The notes under the pieces: generated by a model | Told to the model about the DNA's origin: nothing | The model's input: the letters and a program-made list of their open reading frames with translations, nothing else | The model's database searches: none | Part shown: piece after piece, positions 60,914 through 64,000 of the stretch | Layout of the letters: each line of letters opens with the position of its first letter | How positions within the stretch are numbered: the stretch's first letter is position 1 | NCBI RefSeq assembly: GCF_038025025.1 | Contig: NW_027117340.1 | Location: 1,860,001-1,924,000 of the forward strand | DNA from: Phyllosticta citribraziliensis | Taxonomy: Eukaryota | Direction of reading: 5' to 3' | Length of the DNA stretch: 64,000 nucleotides | Position numbers and translations under genes: made by a program

Positions 60914-62431
60914 CTACCCCACAGTAGCCAACAGGCCCCATAGCACGGCTATGGTCGCCGCCAACGCCGCCCCACCTCTGCCTCCACCACCCACAGTCCC
61001 CGCGTTGCTGGTGCTTGGCGTCGGCGTCGCGCTTGGCGGCGTCGTCGTGGCGGCTGACGACGACGGCGCCGACGCACTCGCATTGGTGGAGGAAAAGAGC
61101 GAGGATGAGTAAGTCGATAAAGAGGTAAGTGCGGATGCCGATGTGGGGAGTGTGCTCGCAGGAGGCACATAGCTAGGGGTTGTTGATGTCGAGGAAGACG
61201 TGAGAGGAGTAGATATCGGAACAGGCGTAGAAGTAGTGACAGGAGAAGTAGCGATAGTAGAGGAAATAGTGATCGTACACGTTGTCCAGACAGACAAAAA
61301 CTGCGGCGTGTGACGCTGGACACCAAATGTTGCTTTCGGCTTGGTGTTTTCCGTGTCGCCATTTGCTTCCCCCGCCGCAGCAGCAGCCCGATGCTGCACG
61401 TCTCTGGGAACTGGTGGATGCCACTCCGTAGACAAAGGTGCGGGCATCGGATAGACCGTCGCGGTCACCACCTGCGTCACAGGATCGGGAAATTCGGGGA
61501 CCGGATAGACGGTCGCAGTCAACAGCTGCGTAACGACGTCAGGAGAGGGTGGGACATCGGCCGTGACGGTCTCGGTGACCCAAACCTCCGTGACGATGAT
61601 ATCTGTGACGACAACAACGGGCCCGTCATCGTGACGAGCTTCGTCTTGCCTCTTCTCGTTGCGCCCTGACAGACTTGCCGCCTGCGCAGGCGCGTCTGTC
61701 GGCTTGGTCAGCGTCTGAGTGTACGGCTGCGTGATTGTCGTGCGGTACGGCACAACAGTGCCTTTGGTGGAGCCGTCCGCGTGTGTAATCAGCGTTGTCG
61801 AATCCAGTATGAGCGTGAATGTGGCGGAAGCTACCTCGTAGTAAGTGATGGGGTCGTACGTGAAGCGCGGTGGTTCGTCTACACGACGCTGCGGCTGCGC
61901 AGTCGCAGACGAAAGCGTCCTAGATGTAGCCGTACGGGCAGGGAGCGCTGACTGCGGCGATGGATTTGCTGGCTCGCTTTCCGTGACGGTCACTGTGACT
62001 GTGGCTAATGCACACGCGTTGACGTCGCCATCTCCTCGCTCAGCAAGAAATCCGTCTACGATATTGCTGTGGGAGTCTCCTGGAACATTAAGACCTGAAA
62101 GCTCTCTAGGGGGGATCTGATCCAGCGGGGGAAGGACGGTCGCAAGGTCGACGAGGGAACCCATGCCTTTGGTGTCGATTGACATTGTGAGCAGCGGCAC
62201 TGCGACAGATGGATAAGAACCCATTTTGAAGATTGGGATAACAAAAGCAACATCCAGCTCACTGGAATGGATGCGAAGACACAGCGTGGACGTTGGAGGA
62301 AACTTAAGGACTTCCATTTGAGTCGACCGAGAACATCGTGATGTGACCTCACGAAACACGAGACGGGACTTGATTGCTTGCTGGCTCAGTTTGCTTTTCG
62401 TGTTGGAGTTGGAGTCTGTCGTGATGTACAT
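60914..62431 (-). CDS. Ser/Thr/Val-rich, probably GPI-anchored cell-surface protein (start uncertain)
   Basis: 505-codon ORF with VT-rich strands, a duplicated (V/P)VTQxxTATVYP unit, a Ser/Thr stalk and the C-terminal SNAG-spacer-hydrophobic tail AALAATIAVLWGLLATVG. Confidence 0.6.
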   Translation of the reverse strand: MYITTDSNSNTKSKLSQQAIKSRLVFREVTSRCSRSTQMEVLKFPPTSTLCLRIHSSELDVAFVIPIFKMGSYPSVAVPLLTMSIDTKGMGSLVDLATVLPPLDQIPPRELSGLNVPGDSHSNIVDGFLAERGDGDVNACALATVTVTVTESEPANPSPQSALPARTATSRTLSSATAQPQRRVDEPPRFTYDPITYYEVASATFTLILDSTTLITHADGSTKGTVVPYRTTITQPYTQTLTKPTDAPAQAASLSGRNEKRQDEARHDDGPVVVVTDIIVTEVWVTETVTADVPPSPDVVTQLLTATVYPVPEFPDPVTQVVTATVYPMPAPLSTEWHPPVPRDVQHRAAAAAGEANGDTENTKPKATFGVQRHTPQFLSVWTTCTITISSTIATSPVTTSTPVPISTPLTSSSTSTTPSYVPPASTLPTSASALTSLSTYSSSLFSSTNASASAPSSSAATTTPPSATPTPSTSNAGTVGGGGRGGAALAATIAVLWGLLATVG

Positions 62432-62818
62432 GTGCTGCTCTGTTCAGGATACAAAGGTTGTAGTAACACGTTACTGGAGAGCGTCGTTGTGAGAAGCTCA
62501 AAAGGCTCTTTCCGGAGGTACAGCGAGCTTTCGACCTCCGTCAAGGTGATTCAATATGAAAACTCAAACTCAAAGACAGACGGATAGTCAACTTCGCTCC
62601 TCCATGAGGCAGCCATCTTCTTATGAGACCAACTGTGTGCAATAAACTATAACAGTGTAACAAAGTTCGTACAGGTAATGCACCAAATTTAGACAATTGT
62701 TGGACGGTGGGTATAAAAACGGTAGATGTACAACATACCTGCGGTCTCAAGCCACCCGAACTTGAATCAAAGCTTTCTATGCCTCTCTTGTAATGTAAGA
62801 ACGCCCTCCATGCGCCCA

Positions 62819-63691
62819 TCACGAGGGATCTACTCTGCGGATTCCCACGACCCTTGTCATTCTCTGCTCCATGCCCCACACGCGGTCGTCGACCAGTTGG
62901 ATGTCCCTCTCGACTCCTCTGACAATCCTTGACACTTGGTGAGCTCCGAGTTCCAAGAGCGAGATTAATGGCACTTACAAACAAGCGTCACCAATCTCCT
63001 TTGCGATTCGTCTCGTTTCCAGTCGGGCCAAAGTATTCATCATTTCAACAACATCGCCCTTCTTTCGAAGCCAAAGATAGCGCTCACGAAAACCTGCTTT
63101 TCGGTATTCCGTCTTGTAGTAGTCATCGTCGTCGCTGGGCGCATATCCTTCGCCATTACGCACATTAGGATCGTGAGATGGACTCCGTCCCATTTCCACA
63201 TCGTCGCGCAAGAACGGTCGCTCTAGCTCCCGAAAATCGCGAATCAGATGCCTTATCGCTTCGCGCATGACACGGGTGCTGACGTCGTCGTCGTGTATGT
63301 CCTTGGCGTCCGTGACTGCGTGACTGTCCAACCGCATTCCAATGATCTCTTTCTCCGAGGCACTACTGTACCCATTGTTGTTGTTGGGGTATCTGTTGGT
63401 GCCGCTGCCCCTTCGCTTCCTGAGTCTGTTGCGAGCGCCCCCCACGAAACTGCTCCGCCGGCGCTGGAAGCGCCGCACTTTGCGTAGATGTGCGCGTTCC
63501 TCGTAAAGACCCTGCTTCAGGTTGCCGAGGAAGTCTGGAATTTGGGTCTGAGCCGCTGCGATGGTTTGCAAATTCTCCCAAGAGACGCGCAGGAACGTGG
63601 CGACGGTGAAGGCGAAGCTGACGAAGCCGATCGTTGTACTTATGAGCGAGAGCGGCGAAATCTCCGTATGGGTGCTGAGGACGACGCCCAT
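62819..63691 (-). CDS. Hypothetical protein with one N-terminal transmembrane helix and a C-terminal coiled coil, 2 exons
   Basis: ISTTIGFVSFAFTVATFLRV, LGNLKQGLYEER, LIRDFRELERPFL. Intron 62978-62928 adds LIVRGVERDIQLVDDRVWGMEQRMTRVVGIRRVDPS*. Confidence 0.75.
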
Positions 63692-64000
63692 GGCTTGACT
63701 GTTGGCTTGGCGGGCTTGGGCTTGAAACGGAGAGGCCCTAGTGGACGATATTGGTGTAAGCGATGATGAATTATTGGACCGTCGTCTTGGACTCCCAGGT
63801 TGTATATGAGCTTTTTTGACAAATCCTCTGGGCGGGAGGAAGCATCACAGGGTTTGTTCTGTTCGAAGCGCTTACCTTGTTGGAAATCCTCCACCTTGCG
63901 AACTAAAGACATAACCCCAGTGTGAAAGCTACGCGTGGGTTAAGACATGAAGAGAAAGATAAGAGCTTTTGGGGGACCGAAAAGCGTCAAGCCGACGAGC

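Noticed and set aside
1..64000. Transposons, RIP-mutated AT-rich blocks, tRNA or rRNA genes
   Set aside because: None recognised by eye; tRNAscan-SE, Infernal and RepeatModeler would be needed to exclude them.

Overview
Gene-dense, intron-rich eukaryotic DNA from a filamentous ascomycete (Pezizomycotina, possibly Dothideomycetes; the taxon is inferred from short GT-AG introns with CTRAY branch points, DMC1 and scytalone dehydratase). I can support about 20 spliced protein-coding genes: CFT1/CPSF160, an LMBR1-family membrane protein, a secreted Cys/Thr/Gly-rich protein, a PTH11-like membrane protein, two MDR oxidoreductases, RRP7, UAP1, GIS2/CNBP, DMC1, a sterol-glucosyltransferase-like GT1 with UIMs, a triple-dsRBD protein, a NAM8/NGR1/Csx1-family 3xRRM protein, SCD1, a Maf pyrophosphatase, a GPI-type Ser/Thr-rich protein and several hypotheticals. 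I saw no tRNA, rRNA, transposon or CRISPR. The best finding is at the 3' end of the NAM8-family gene. A 51-nt intron sits between G and TAAGC, so its removal creates both the stop codon and a new GTAAGC splice donor. That donor is in frame with an orphan 145-codon exon about 770 nt downstream, i.e. a candidate [D1,2] twin-intron switch for the C-terminus. Also notable are an intergenic motif GAATGCTCCYY seen 11 times and an unusually long CFT1 intron containing AATAAA. All exon structures were read by eye and need RNA-seq confirmation.
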